Shown: positions 53,190 through 63,297, counted from the first letter of the stretch. The stretch: 64,000 nt of DNA from Burkholderiaceae bacterium (GCA_040400875.1 JBBAPK010000004.1:20840-84839); one strand, 5' to 3'. Translations and numbers: made by a program. Notes: generated from the letters alone by a model not told the origin.

Positions 53190-53962
53190 TGAAAGCTGTT
53201 TTTCCATTGCCGCAGTGCGGCAAAGACAGCCACCGGATCTTCGCTGTCACAACCGTGCTGCCTTGCGGCGTCGATCACCGCCGGCTCGGTGCAGCGCATG
53301 AAAGGGTTGACCGCGCTCTCCATGTCGATGCGTGCGGGTAGCGTTGGCAACCCAGCCGCGCGTCGCTCTTCGCACCAGCCCGTGTAGGCGGCCAGCGCGG
53401 CACTGCGGGGCTCCACCGCCCGCGCGAATTTCAGATTAGACAAGGTGTATTCATGGGCGCAACAAACCCGAGTGTCGCCCGGCAAGCCGGCCAGCAGTTG
53501 CAGCGAGTGATGCATTTGCTGCGCAGTTCCCTCGAAAAGCCGACCGCAGCCGGCTGAAAACAGCGTGTCGCCGCAAAAAAGCAGCGGGGCTTGGCCGATT
53601 TGGCGCGAGTCGTGGAAGTAGGCGATGTGTCCGCGCGTGTGACCGGGCACATCGATCACTTCGAAGCGCAAGCCCACCGCGATCGCGCTGTCCCCGCCGG
53701 TCACGGCCGTACAGGCAACGGGAATGGATTCGAGCGCTGGCGCATAGATCGGCACATCGAAGCGGGCGCGCAAGCCGCGCAGTCCGCCTACGTGGTCCTG
53801 ATGGTGGTGCGTCACCAGAATCGCCCCCAGTCGCAGCCCCAGACGATCGAGCGCATCGAGTACCGGAGCACAATCGCCCGGATCGACCACGGCGGCTTCC
53901 ACCCCATCGTGAAACATCCAGATGTAGTTGTCAGCAAAAGCGAGCAGTGCGAGCAATTCCAT
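53186..53962 (-). CDS. gloB: hydroxyacylglutathione hydrolase (glyoxalase II)
   Basis: Metallo-beta-lactamase motif THHHQDHVGG, then PGHTRGHIAY and CCAHEYTLSNLKFA. Confidence 0.93.
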   Translation of the reverse strand: MELLALLAFADNYIWMFHDGVEAAVVDPGDCAPVLDALDRLGLRLGAILVTHHHQDHVGGLRGLRARFDVPIYAPALESIPVACTAVTGGDSAIAVGLRFEVIDVPGHTRGHIAYFHDSRQIGQAPLLFCGDTLFSAGCGRLFEGTAQQMHHSLQLLAGLPGDTRVCCAHEYTLSNLKFARAVEPRSAALAAYTGWCEERRAAGLPTLPARIDMESAVNPFMRCTEPAVIDAARQHGCDSEDPVAVFAALRQWKNSFQ

Positions 53963-54779
53963 GGCTGAATCCGAGCCGAGTATACGTTTCAGCTCTTGGC
54001 TGCAGACCCCTCCAGGGACCTATCTTCTCGAGTGGGAACAGCGTTTTCTCGACGCCGCAGTGGCCGATGTGTTCGGCTTTCATGCGGCGCAGCTGGGGCT
54101 GCCCGAACTCGATGCCTTGAGGGCCAATCGCATGCCGCACCGCTGGCGTGCGGTCGACTCGATGGCCAGCAGCCCTACGGCGGTCTGTCTGGCTTGCGAC
54201 TTTGATGCCCTGCCGTTCGACAGCCAAAGCCTTGACCTCGTGGTGCTGCCGCACGCACTGGAACTGGCACGCGATCCGCACCTGACCTTGCGCGAGGTCG
54301 AGCGTGTGTTGATGCCTGAAGGCCGTGTGGTCATCATCGGCTTCAACCCGACCAGTTTGTGGGGCATGCGCCAGCAAGCCTGCGTGGTGCGCCGGTATCT
54401 GGGCCTGGGTCCGAGTCATCCAAGGTTCCTGCCGCGCGACGGTGAACTCATCGCCTACCGACGTTTGCGCGACTGGTTGCGTCTGCTCAGCTTCGAGGTC
54501 GAGACGGGCCGTTTCGGCTGCTACCGCCCGCCGATGAGCTCGGACCAGTGGCTGTCTCGCTTCGCGTGGATGGAAGCTGCGGGAGATCGCTGGTGGCCTG
54601 TGTTTGGCGCTGTCTATGCGCTGACGGCGATCAAGCGGGTGCGCGGCATGCGATTGGTGGGGCTGGAGCGGGCGCGCCGCCGCAGGGCGAAAGCCCATCA
54701 GGCGGTGGTGACGCAGCAGCAGCCTCGTCGCGTGTTGCTGCTCGATCCGGCACGAGAGCCTGCAGACCATGAGTCATGA
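53961..54779 (+). CDS. class I SAM-dependent methyltransferase-like protein
   Basis: 272 aa, divergent from gloB with start codons sharing CCATGG. A Methyltransf_11-like segment ([11 protein letters not shown]...[19 protein letters not shown]) is present. The 3' end overlaps rnhA by 11 nt. Confidence 0.8.
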   Translation: MAESEPSIRFSSWLQTPPGTYLLEWEQRFLDAAVADVFGFHAAQLGLPELDALRANRMPHRWRAVDSMASSPTAVCLACDFDALPFDSQSLDLVVLPHALELARDPHLTLREVERVLMPEGRVVIIGFNPTSLWGMRQQACVVRRYLGLGPSHPRFLPRDGELIAYRRLRDWLRLLSFEVETGRFGCYRPPMSSDQWLSRFAWMEAAGDRWWPVFGAVYALTAIKRVRGMRLVGLERARRRRAKAHQAVVTQQQPRRVLLLDPAREPADHES

Positions 54780-55227
54780 GACCGGCATCAAGCGGCCCCA
54801 CGTGACGATCTATACCGACGGCGCGTGCAAGGGCAATCCCGGTCGCGGCGGGTGGGGCGCCTGGCTCAGTTGTGACGACCATGAAAAGGAGTTGTTCGGT
54901 GGAGAAGTGCTCACCACCAACAACCGCATGGAACTCACCGCGGTGATCGAATCACTGGTGTCGCTCAAGCGAACCTGCTCGGTGGTCGTCTACACCGACA
55001 GCGATTACGTGCGCAAGGGTATGACCGAGTGGATCCATGGCTGGAAGCTGCGCGGCTGGAAAACCGCCGATCGCAAGCCGGTGAAAAACGCCGACCTCTG
55101 GCAACGGCTCGATGCCTTGCGATCGCTGCACGAGGTGGAGTGGCGCTGGGTCAAGGGACATTCAGGCGACCCGGGCAACGAGCGGGCCGACGCGCTTGCC
55201 AATCGTGGCGCGGGTGTGGCGGGCTAG
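54769..55227 (+). CDS. rnhA: ribonuclease HI
   Basis: [53 protein letters not shown]. Confidence 0.95.
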   Translation: MSHETGIKRPHVTIYTDGACKGNPGRGGWGAWLSCDDHEKELFGGEVLTTNNRMELTAVIESLVSLKRTCSVVVYTDSDYVRKGMTEWIHGWKLRGWKTADRKPVKNADLWQRLDALRSLHEVEWRWVKGHSGDPGNERADALANRGAGVAG

Positions 55228-55342
55228 TTTTCACCCCCCTGTCCAGCAGCCGTCTTGGGGCCTATACTTGCGGGCTCGCCTTGCCACACCCAGTCAGACG
55301 CTTCGGGGTGGCTTCCAATGTCGGAATTCACAAGGAGATTCA

Positions 55343-55702
55343 ATGCGTCATTACGAAATCGTGCTCTTGATCCATCCAGATCAGAGCGAACAGGTTCCAG
55401 CCATGCTGGAGCGCTACAAGGGTGTCATCACCGCTGGCGGTGGCAAGGTGCACCGCGTCGAGGACTGGGGCCGCCGTCAGATGGCCTATCTGATCCAGAA
55501 GCTGGCCAAGGCTCATTACCTGTGCGTCAACATCGAGTGCACCAAGGAAGTTCTGGCCGAGCTCGAAACGGGCTTTCGCTTCAATGACGCCGTGTTGCGC
55601 CACCTGACCGTGCTCAAGGCCAAGGCCGAGACAACGCCTTCGGTGATGATGAAGACATCCGACCGCGAAGACCGCCGCTCGCACCAGGAGTCGATGGCCT
55701 GA
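55343..55702 (+). CDS. rpsF: 30S ribosomal protein S6
   Basis: ATG at 55343 after AAGGAG gives [18 protein letters not shown]...[10 protein letters not shown]. Confidence 0.96.
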   Translation: MRHYEIVLLIHPDQSEQVPAMLERYKGVITAGGGKVHRVEDWGRRQMAYLIQKLAKAHYLCVNIECTKEVLAELETGFRFNDAVLRHLTVLKAKAETTPSVMMKTSDREDRRSHQESMA

Positions 55703-55739
55703 GACGGCTTGGTGATGTCCGCTTGATCGCGCGGCGCCC

Positions 55740-56021
55740 ATGAATCGACTGGTTCTCACGGCTTGTGTGATTGAGCGCGGCGCTTTGCGCTACACCCCTG
55801 CCGGGTTGCCGGCCCTCGATTTGAGCCTCAGGCATGAATCGCAGGTCACGCAAAACGGCTTGCCGCGTCAGGTTTCCATGGAAATCAAGGCGCGGGCAGT
55901 AGGCGACATCACCGGCAGCTTGAGCCGGATTGAACTGGGAAGCATGCACGGTTTTGCCGGCTTTCTGGGTTCGCAGCGCAACGGCAGAGGCATCGTTTTT
56001 CACGTGACCGAACTGGACTGA
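55740..56021 (+). CDS. priB: primosomal replication protein N (PriB)
   Basis: 93-aa OB-fold protein between rpsF and rpsR. MNRLVLTACVIERGALRYTPAGLP. Confidence 0.9.
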   Translation: MNRLVLTACVIERGALRYTPAGLPALDLSLRHESQVTQNGLPRQVSMEIKARAVGDITGSLSRIELGSMHGFAGFLGSQRNGRGIVFHVTELD

Positions 56022-56067
56022 TGTCCGCAACGGTCAGTACCCGAACAAAGTTTGAAAGAGGTTTCAT

Positions 56068-56358
56068 ATGGCACCGCCCCGTGGTAAAGGCAAGTTTTCC
56101 AAAGATCGCAAGCCCAAGCGCAACCAGCAATCGCTGCTGTTTCGCCGCAAGCGTTTCTGCCGGTTCACCGTCACTGGTGTGACCGAGATCGACTACAAGG
56201 ACGTCGACACCCTGCGCGACTTCATCGGCGAGAACGGCAAGATCACGCCGGCCCGCCTGACCGGCACACGCGCTTTCTTCCAGCGCCAGTTGACCACCTG
56301 CATCAAGCGGGCTCGGTTCCTGGCGATGTTGCCCTACAGTGATCAGCATCGCGTCTGA
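56068..56358 (+). CDS. rpsR: 30S ribosomal protein S18
   Basis: RRKRFCRFT...[27 protein letters not shown]. Confidence 0.96.
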   Translation: MAPPRGKGKFSKDRKPKRNQQSLLFRRKRFCRFTVTGVTEIDYKDVDTLRDFIGENGKITPARLTGTRAFFQRQLTTCIKRARFLAMLPYSDQHRV

Positions 56359-56371
56359 GTAAGGAACGATC

Positions 56372-56824
56372 ATGCAAATCATCTTGCTCGAAAAAGTGGC
56401 CAACCTAGGCAACCTCGGTGACGTGGTTCAGGTCAAGAACGGCTACGCACGCAACTTCCTGATTCCCACCCGTGCGGCACGTCGCGCCACCACGGCTGCG
56501 ATTGCCGAGTTCGAAGCCAAGCGCGCCGATCTCGAAAAAGCTGCGGCAGTCAAGCTGGCCGAAGCGCAGGCGCTGGCCGAGAAAATGGCCGGCCGCACCG
56601 TGCACATCACCCAGAAGGCCGGTGTTGACGGACGACTGTTCGGCTCTGTCACCAACAACGACATCGCCGAGGCGCTCACGCGCATCGACTTCAAGGTGCT
56701 CAAGTCGCAGGTTCGCCTGCCCAACGGCCCGCTGAAGACGGTTGGCGAGCACCTGGTGACGGTGGCCCCGCACTCCGACGTGGTGGTTGAGGTGAAGGTG
56801 GTGGTGGTGGGCGAAGTCGCCTGA
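56372..56824 (+). CDS. rplI: 50S ribosomal protein L9
   Basis: [32 protein letters not shown]. Confidence 0.96.
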   Translation: MQIILLEKVANLGNLGDVVQVKNGYARNFLIPTRAARRATTAAIAEFEAKRADLEKAAAVKLAEAQALAEKMAGRTVHITQKAGVDGRLFGSVTNNDIAEALTRIDFKVLKSQVRLPNGPLKTVGEHLVTVAPHSDVVVEVKVVVVGEVA

Positions 56825-56994
56825 TCACGACTTTCCTTCGTCGCTTCGAAAGGCCGGCACTGCCGGCCTTTTTTCATGGCTTTTGTGAACCGTCGGGGTG
56901 ATCGATCGGGCTGGCTTGATTTCCACCGGTCATGCCCAGCATTTGCACAGCTTTACCCACAGGCGATCGGCCGCCCCGAACTTATGATGGGCCG

Positions 56995-58428
56995 ATGTCT
57001 GCCCTGTTTGCTTCTGCCCAGAGTCCATCGCCCATGTCCCGAGGCGACGATGAAGTCGCCCGGCTGCGTGTTCCTCCACATTCGATCGAAGCCGAGCAAA
57101 GCGTGCTCGGCGGGCTCTTGCTCGACAACAGCGCCTGGGACCGTGCGGCCGATCTGCTGACCGAGAGCGACTTCTACCGCTTCGAGCACCGCGCCATCTA
57201 CAGCGCGATCGGCTCGCTGGTCAACGCCACCAAGCCGGCCGATGTGATCACGGTGTTCGAGCAGTTGCAAAGCCTGGGAAAGGCCGACGACTGCGGCGGT
57301 CTCGTCTATCTCAACTCGCTGGCGCAAAGCGTGCCGAGTGCGGCCAATCTGCGCCGCTATGCCGAGATCGTTCGCGAGCGATCGGTGCTGCGCAAGCTGG
57401 TTTCGGCCAGTGACGACATCGCCACCAGCGCCTTCAATCCGCAGGGCCGCGCGGTGTCCGAAATCCTCGACGATGCCGAGAGCAAGATCTTCAAGATCGG
57501 CGAAGAAGGCTCGCGCTCGAGGCAGGGTTTCCAGACCATGGACTCGCTGGTCGTGCAACTGCTCGATCGGGTGACCGAGCTGCACGAGAACGGCGCCGAG
57601 GAAGTCACCGGCGTTCGCACTGGCTACTTTGATCTCGACCGCATGACGGCCGGTTTTCAGCCCGGCGACCTGATCGTGCTTGCTGCTCGTCCGTCGATGG
57701 GCAAGACCGCACTGGCGCTCAACATCGCCGAACACGTGGCGGTCCAGGAAGGCCTGCCGGTGGTGGTGTTCTCGATGGAAATGGGCGCGGCGCAACTGGC
57801 CTTGCGGCTGGTCGGATCGCTCGGGCGCATCGACCAGCAGCACCTGCGCACCGGTGCGCTCAAAGACGACGAGTGGGGCCGACTCACCGAAGCCATCGAA
57901 AAGCTCGGTCGGGTCAATATGTACATCGACGAGAGCCCGGCCCTGACGCCTGGTGAGGTGAGGGCGCGCGCGCGCCGTCAGGCCCGTCAGTGCGGTCAGC
58001 TCGGGTTGATCGTGGTTGATTACCTGCAGCTCATGAGCGGCAGCGGCGGGGCGAACGAAGAGAACCGCGCCACCGTGATCGGCGAGATCTCGCGCGGCCT
58101 GAAGTCGCTGGCCAAGGAGCTCAAGTGCCCGGTGATCGCGCTGTCGCAGCTCAATCGCAGCGTCGAATCCCGCACCGACAAGCGGCCGATGATGAGCGAC
58201 CTGCGCGAGTCGGGTGCGATCGAGCAGGACGCCGACGTCATCATGTTCATCTACCGCGACGAGTACTACACGAAAGAAGCCTGCAAGGAACCCGGCGTGG
58301 CCGAAATCATCATCGGCAAGCAGCGTAACGGGCCGACGGGCACGGTCAAACTCACCTTCTTGAAGCCGCTGACCAAGTTCGACAACCTGGCGCCGGGCAG
58401 CGCCGGGTCTGATTTCGAGCCGTACTAG
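56995..58428 (+). CDS. dnaB: replicative DNA helicase DnaB
   Basis: PPHSIEAEQSVLGGLLLDN, Walker A ARPSMGKTA, Walker B VVDYLQLM, and QLNRSVESRTDKRPMMSDLRESGAIEQDAD. I chose the start at the ATG at 56995. Confidence 0.95.
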   Translation: MSALFASAQSPSPMSRGDDEVARLRVPPHSIEAEQSVLGGLLLDNSAWDRAADLLTESDFYRFEHRAIYSAIGSLVNATKPADVITVFEQLQSLGKADDCGGLVYLNSLAQSVPSAANLRRYAEIVRERSVLRKLVSASDDIATSAFNPQGRAVSEILDDAESKIFKIGEEGSRSRQGFQTMDSLVVQLLDRVTELHENGAEEVTGVRTGYFDLDRMTAGFQPGDLIVLAARPSMGKTALALNIAEHVAVQEGLPVVVFSMEMGAAQLALRLVGSLGRIDQQHLRTGALKDDEWGRLTEAIEKLGRVNMYIDESPALTPGEVRARARRQARQCGQLGLIVVDYLQLMSGSGGANEENRATVIGEISRGLKSLAKELKCPVIALSQLNRSVESRTDKRPMMSDLRESGAIEQDADVIMFIYRDEYYTKEACKEPGVAEIIIGKQRNGPTGTVKLTFLKPLTKFDNLAPGSAGSDFEPY

Positions 58429-60050
58429 GCGCGCAGTTTCAGGCCGCCAGCCGAGCGCTGGCTTTGTCCTAGGCCGAACTGTGAGCCCTGCGCGCAGTAA
58501 AGCGCCTTCAGGTCACTGACCCGGGTGCTCAGGTTCTCGCAGGCGCCGATGTTGGCCGCATGCCGGCTCAACACGGCGCCGGCGAGCTCGATCAGCTTCG
58601 CGTTGCCCGTTTGAGAGCCGCCCAACAGCAGCGACTCCACCGCGACCATGGGCTGGCCCGACACGCTGTGGGTCATGGCTTGTTCGGCCATGCTGCTGAT
58701 GCTGTGGTGGCCTTCGTGAATCAGCGCGCTGTAGGCCTCGTCGCCGTCGGAGGCCAGACAAAGCATTTCGCAGCTGACCTTGGAAACGCAGTAACGCTGC
58801 GACAAGTCCTTGACCCATTGCTCAGGGTGCGGCAAATCGGTGCCGGCCCGGCGAACACGCACCAGCACGGCCAGCAGGTTGGTGGCAGCTTCGTAGTCGA
58901 AATCAGCGCTGCGTATTTCGGCACCCAGTTCGACGACCGCTCGCGCGCACTCATCGGGCTGGCGCTCAATGAGCGCCAGCAGTGCTTCGCAGTTCCTCAC
59001 AAAGCGCTGCAGCCGCAGCGACTCGGGTTTTTTCTGCGCCAGCATGGCCAGATTGGCCATGGCCCACTTGAATTCCTTGCTGTCTTTCTTGTCGAAATAG
59101 ACCAGGCACAGCAAGACCAGGCTTTGCGCATCGAACATCTTTGACTTCAGCCCCAGACGCACTGTGCGATCGAGGTCTTCCATGGCATCGTCCTTGTTGC
59201 CGCTGAAGAACGACAACATGCCGTGCTTTTGCAGGCGCGGAATGCTCTGGGGCGTGATCTGCAGCGAGGTCCGGTAAGAGCCCAGCGCCAGGTCCATGTG
59301 GCCTTGCTCCAGATGAATCTGGGCCATCACGTCATGGGCATCGGCGTATCCGGGGTCTTCGGCCAACAACTCGTCGAGCAGGCGGGTGGCAGTGGGCACG
59401 CTGCCCGAGGCGAGCTCTGCACGGGCCAGCCCCAACGCGGCCCAGGCCGCGGGTTTGGCTTCGTTGGCCGACTGATACAACTTGTTGGCCGCCTTGACGT
59501 CGCCCACCCGCAGGAACAACTCGGCGCCGATGCGCGCGGCATAAAGCCAGAAATCTTCCCTGGACCGATAGCGTGCCAAGCACATCTTGGCGGCAGCCGC
59601 GAAATCGCCGGCCTGTATGGCTGCAAAGACGTGACTCAAGGTGCGTTTGCGGTGGCGGGCTGTGACGATGCGCTCTTCCAGCGCAAAGGCCGTGTGCGGC
59701 TTGACCAGATAGCCGTCCAGTGCCGATTCAGCAGCCTCGGCCACCTTGAGGTAGGAGCACTCGCCGGTCACCATGATGAACACGGTCGAAAACGGCAGCA
59801 GCTGGGCCTGCCTGAGGTCGTCGAGCAGTTCTTGCCCGTTGATCGAGTTGTTGTCGAAGTGGTAGTCGCACACCACGACGTCGAACACGCGCGATTCAAG
59901 CTCCTGTCTGGCGTCGACCACACGGCTGGTTTGCGACACATCGGTCATGCCCATGCCGCGCAGCACATTCATCAAAGCGCTGCGAGACACCGGGTTGGCG
60001 TCGATGACAAGGGCGGTGCAGTCGCTGATTCCAGCGTCGGCAGCCCTCAT
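58425..60050 (-). CDS. orphan CheY-like receiver + TPR-like repeats + conserved Cys/His C-terminal domain (paralog 1)
   Basis: The ATG at 60050 gives 541 aa, collinear with paralog 2. Receiver residues are D17, D62 (VVCDYHF), T95 (MVTGE) and K117 (YLVKP). The middle region is helical and TPR-like (LLDELLAEDPGYADAHDVMAQIHLEQGHMDLALGSY). The C-terminal domain has CVSKVSCEMLC and HEGHH. Confidence 0.85.
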   Translation of the reverse strand: MRAADAGISDCTALVIDANPVSRSALMNVLRGMGMTDVSQTSRVVDARQELESRVFDVVVCDYHFDNNSINGQELLDDLRQAQLLPFSTVFIMVTGECSYLKVAEAAESALDGYLVKPHTAFALEERIVTARHRKRTLSHVFAAIQAGDFAAAAKMCLARYRSREDFWLYAARIGAELFLRVGDVKAANKLYQSANEAKPAAWAALGLARAELASGSVPTATRLLDELLAEDPGYADAHDVMAQIHLEQGHMDLALGSYRTSLQITPQSIPRLQKHGMLSFFSGNKDDAMEDLDRTVRLGLKSKMFDAQSLVLLCLVYFDKKDSKEFKWAMANLAMLAQKKPESLRLQRFVRNCEALLALIERQPDECARAVVELGAEIRSADFDYEAATNLLAVLVRVRRAGTDLPHPEQWVKDLSQRYCVSKVSCEMLCLASDGDEAYSALIHEGHHSISSMAEQAMTHSVSGQPMVAVESLLLGGSQTGNAKLIELAGAVLSRHAANIGACENLSTRVSDLKALYCAQGSQFGLGQSQRSAGGLKLRA

Positions 60051-60232
60051 GACGCGGCCCTCGACGTGCGCATCACGCGCGTGCTTCGAAAGCAAACTTC
60101 AGGGCAGGCAGCAACATCAAACCGAAACGCAAGGGGCATGGTCAGTCATCCAGCGACTCATTCAGACAGGTCTTTATCGGAAGGCCTGCCCAAAGGCTTG
60201 AGGGCGGCTGCCGCTAAGATGTTTTTGCAGGC

Positions 60233-61861
60233 TCAGGTGCGAAGATTCAGCCCGCCAGCCGATCGCAGGGGGTTTTGCCCCAGCCTGACCTGGGCACCCT
60301 TGGCGCAGTAGCGGATCTTCAGGTCATTGACCTTTTTGTTCAGGGCATCGAACACGCTGATCTGCGCCGAGTGACGGCTGAGCACAGCGCCGGCGAGCTC
60401 GATCAGCTTGGCGTTGCAGGTTTCCGCGCCGCGCAGCAGCAAGGCTTCCACCGCGACGCTGGGTTCTCCTGAAACGCTGTGCGCCATCGCCTCTTCGGCC
60501 ATGTTGCTGATGCTGTGGTGGCCCTCGTGGATCAAGGCGCTGTAGATCGGATCATTGCCAGCGGCGATGCACAGCATTTCGCACGAGGCCTTGGACACGC
60601 AAAAGCGGCGCGACAAATCGTTGACCCAGCTGTCGGCCTCGGGCACCGCGACGTTGGCCTTGCGCATTCGCGCCAGCAAGGCCAGCAGGTTGGACGCCGC
60701 CTCGTAGTCGAAGTCCATGTGCCCGATGTCGGCGCCGATCTTGCGCGCCAGTGAAAGGCACCCGGTCAGGTTGCCGGTGGACAAGCGGTTCAGAGCACCA
60801 GCGACTTGCGCCATACGCTTCAAGAAAGCATCGCCTGGCCGCCGCTCTGCGGCGACCTCAAGGTGCGTGAGCGCGCGCTTCAAGTCGACCAGATTGCCCT
60901 CGTCGAAATACAGCAGCGTCATCACGACCAGCGTCTGGAAGTCGAACATCTTCGACTTCAGGCCGATGCGCACCGTGCGGTCGAGCGTTTGCGCGGCTTC
61001 CTTGTTTTCGCCCAGCAAAAAAGCCAGCATGCCCTGCTTTTGCAGCCGCGTGACGCTGTGCGGAGTGACACGCACCGAATCGCGCGAGGTCTCGAGTGCG
61101 GCGGCCAGGTCGCCTTGCTCAAGCTGCACCTGGCTCATCACGTCGTAGGCGTCTGCGTACTCGGGAAAGTCTTCGATCAGCCCCTCAAGGATGCGCATGG
61201 CCTTGGGCCCCTGGCCGCTTTCAAACTCGGCTCGCGCCATTCCCAGCTTGGCCCACAGCAGACCTTCGGACTGGTAGGCGGCGGTGTAGACCGCCTTGGC
61301 CGATGTGTGGTCTTTCAAGCGCATGAGCAGCTCGGCGCCAACATGACCGGCGTACAGCCAGAAATCCTCGCGCTGCGAAAAACGGCTCAGGCACATCTTG
61401 GCCGCGCCTTCGAAGTCGCCTTGGCGTATGGCTTCGAAGATGTAGCCCAGCACGCGCTTGCGGCGGCGCGCCAGCAACACACGCTCTTCGAGCGCAGCCG
61501 CGTTGTGCGGCTTGAGCAGATAACTGTCGAGCGCCGATTCGGCGGCTTCAACCACCTTCAGGTACGAGCGCTCGCCGGTGACCATGACGAACACGGTGGA
61601 GTAGGGCAGCAGTTGCGACTGACGCAGGTCATCGAGCAGTTCTTGACCGGACATCGGCGACTTGTCGAAGTGGTAATCGCACAGGACGATGTCGAAGGTC
61701 GTGATCTCGAGTTCCTGCCTGGCATCGGCCACGCGGCTGGTCTGCGAGATGTGCCCGACGCCAATATCGCGCAGCATGTTCATCAGCGCGCTGCGCGAAG
61801 TCGAATTGCCATCGATGACCAGCGCCTTGCATTCGCGAACTTCGGGATCGATCAGGCGCAT
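60233..61861 (-). CDS. orphan CheY-like receiver + TPR-like repeats + conserved Cys/His C-terminal domain (paralog 2)
   Basis: 542 aa, with GGAGGGG upstream of the ATG at 61861. It has the same architecture and motif positions as paralog 1 (D17, D62, T95, K117, CVSKASCEMLC, HEGHH). Confidence 0.85.
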   Translation of the reverse strand: MRLIDPEVRECKALVIDGNSTSRSALMNMLRDIGVGHISQTSRVADARQELEITTFDIVLCDYHFDKSPMSGQELLDDLRQSQLLPYSTVFVMVTGERSYLKVVEAAESALDSYLLKPHNAAALEERVLLARRRKRVLGYIFEAIRQGDFEGAAKMCLSRFSQREDFWLYAGHVGAELLMRLKDHTSAKAVYTAAYQSEGLLWAKLGMARAEFESGQGPKAMRILEGLIEDFPEYADAYDVMSQVQLEQGDLAAALETSRDSVRVTPHSVTRLQKQGMLAFLLGENKEAAQTLDRTVRIGLKSKMFDFQTLVVMTLLYFDEGNLVDLKRALTHLEVAAERRPGDAFLKRMAQVAGALNRLSTGNLTGCLSLARKIGADIGHMDFDYEAASNLLALLARMRKANVAVPEADSWVNDLSRRFCVSKASCEMLCIAAGNDPIYSALIHEGHHSISNMAEEAMAHSVSGEPSVAVEALLLRGAETCNAKLIELAGAVLSRHSAQISVFDALNKKVNDLKIRYCAKGAQVRLGQNPLRSAGGLNLRT

Positions 61862-61994
61862 CGACCCCTCCGAGCCGACGGCAAGAACTCATCCAACGAA
61901 GAGAAAAAACAAGCGCGCATGTCGACCCGTGGCTCACCGATACCCCATCGATATCGGATCGGCATGCGGGGTCTTGAGCCCCGATGGCCTGCGC

Positions 61995-63164
61995 TTACTT
62001 GAACAGGTTCTTGACCCGGTCAGACCACGTCTGCGAATTGGGCGAATGCTTGTCGCCGTTTTTCTGGAATGAATCTTCCAGTTCACGCAACAGCTTGCGC
62101 TGGTGCTCGGTCAGCTTGACCGGTGTTTCCACGGTGACATGGCAGTAGAGGTCGCCGGGATAACTCGAGCGCAGGCCCTTGATGCCCTTGCCGCGCAGCC
62201 TGAAGGTCTTGCCGTGCTGCGTGCCCTCGGGCAGTTCGATCTCGGCCTTGCCGTTGAGCGTGGGCACATGGATTTGCCCGCCCAGCGACGCGGTGACCAT
62301 GCTCACCGGCGCGGTGCAGTGCAGGTCGTCGCCATCGCGCTCGAAGATCTCATGGGGCTTGACGCGGATCTCGATGTACAGATCGCCCGACGGGCCGCCG
62401 TTGGTGCCGGGCTCGCCGTTGCCGGCCGAGCGGATGCGCATGCCTTCGTTGATGCCGGCCGGGATCTTGACCTCGAGTGTCTTGTTCTTCTTGATGCGGC
62501 CCTGGCCATGACAGGTCACGCACGGCTCGGGGATCACCTTGCCCATGCCGCGGCAGGCCGGGCAGGTTTGCTGGATGCTGAAAAAACCCTGGCGCATCGT
62601 GACCGCGCCGGAGCCGTTGCAACTGCCGCACACCTTCGGGCTGGTGCCGGGCTTGGCACCGGTGCCGTGGCAGGTGTCGCAGGTTTCGAAGGCGGGAATG
62701 CGTATCTGTGTTTCCTTGCCGGCGGCGCAGTCCTCGAGCGTGATCTCCATCGTGTACGACAGGTCATTGCCACGGAAAACCTGCTGCCCACCGCCACCGC
62801 CACCCCCACCACCGCCGCGACGCGGGCCGCCCGAGCCGCCAAAGATGTCGCCGAAGATGTCGCCGAAAGCTTCTGCAAAGCCGCCCATGCCATCCGGGCC
62901 GCCACCGGGGCGAAAGCCGCCACCCATGTTGGGGTCGACGCCGGCGTGGCCGTACTGGTCGTAGGCCGCGCGCTTTTGCGCGTCGGAGAGCATCTCGTAA
63001 GCCTCCTTGGCCTCCTTGAAGCGCTCTTCGGCTTTCTTCGCATCGTCACCCTGATTGCGGTCAGGGTGGTGCTTCATCGCGAGCTTGCGATAAGCCTTCT
63101 TGATGTCTTCCTCGGTGGCGTTCTTGGCCACGCCCAGGGTTTCGTAGTAATCGCGCTTTGCCAT
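61995..63164 (-). CDS. dnaJ: molecular chaperone DnaJ
   Basis: The ATG at 63164 gives [13 protein letters not shown]-domain HPD, a Gly-rich linker and four CxxCxGxG zinc-finger repeats are present. Confidence 0.97.
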   Translation of the reverse strand: MAKRDYYETLGVAKNATEEDIKKAYRKLAMKHHPDRNQGDDAKKAEERFKEAKEAYEMLSDAQKRAAYDQYGHAGVDPNMGGGFRPGGGPDGMGGFAEAFGDIFGDIFGGSGGPRRGGGGGGGGGGQQVFRGNDLSYTMEITLEDCAAGKETQIRIPAFETCDTCHGTGAKPGTSPKVCGSCNGSGAVTMRQGFFSIQQTCPACRGMGKVIPEPCVTCHGQGRIKKNKTLEVKIPAGINEGMRIRSAGNGEPGTNGGPSGDLYIEIRVKPHEIFERDGDDLHCTAPVSMVTASLGGQIHVPTLNGKAEIELPEGTQHGKTFRLRGKGIKGLRSSYPGDLYCHVTVETPVKLTEHQRKLLRELEDSFQKNGDKHSPNSQTWSDRVKNLFK

Positions 63165-63297
63165 CGGTACATCCGTCACGCCGCAGCGTCTGGTTCAAAC
63201 AAGAACGCCGCGTCGGATCCCAGCTGCGCGCTGGAGCCTGCGAACGCGGCGCAGACACCGGGGTTCACCCCGGCGCCGCAGCTTCATCGTTGTCGCG

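Noticed and set aside
61881-61895. A sigma54-like TGG-N8-TTGC element (TGGATGAGTTCTTGC on the minus strand) upstream of receiver-TPR paralog 2.
   Set aside because: The -12 element is only 19 nt from the ATG. The predicted start would fall inside the Shine-Dalgarno sequence. There is no enhancer-binding protein gene nearby, and the equivalent site upstream of paralog 1 lacks the TTGC. It is probably coincidental.
62780-62830. Run of about ten consecutive Gly codons (GGT/GGC repeats on the coding strand) in dnaJ.
   Set aside because: It lies in the normal Gly/Phe-rich linker of DnaJ. It is a low-complexity coding repeat, not a regulatory or mobile repeat.
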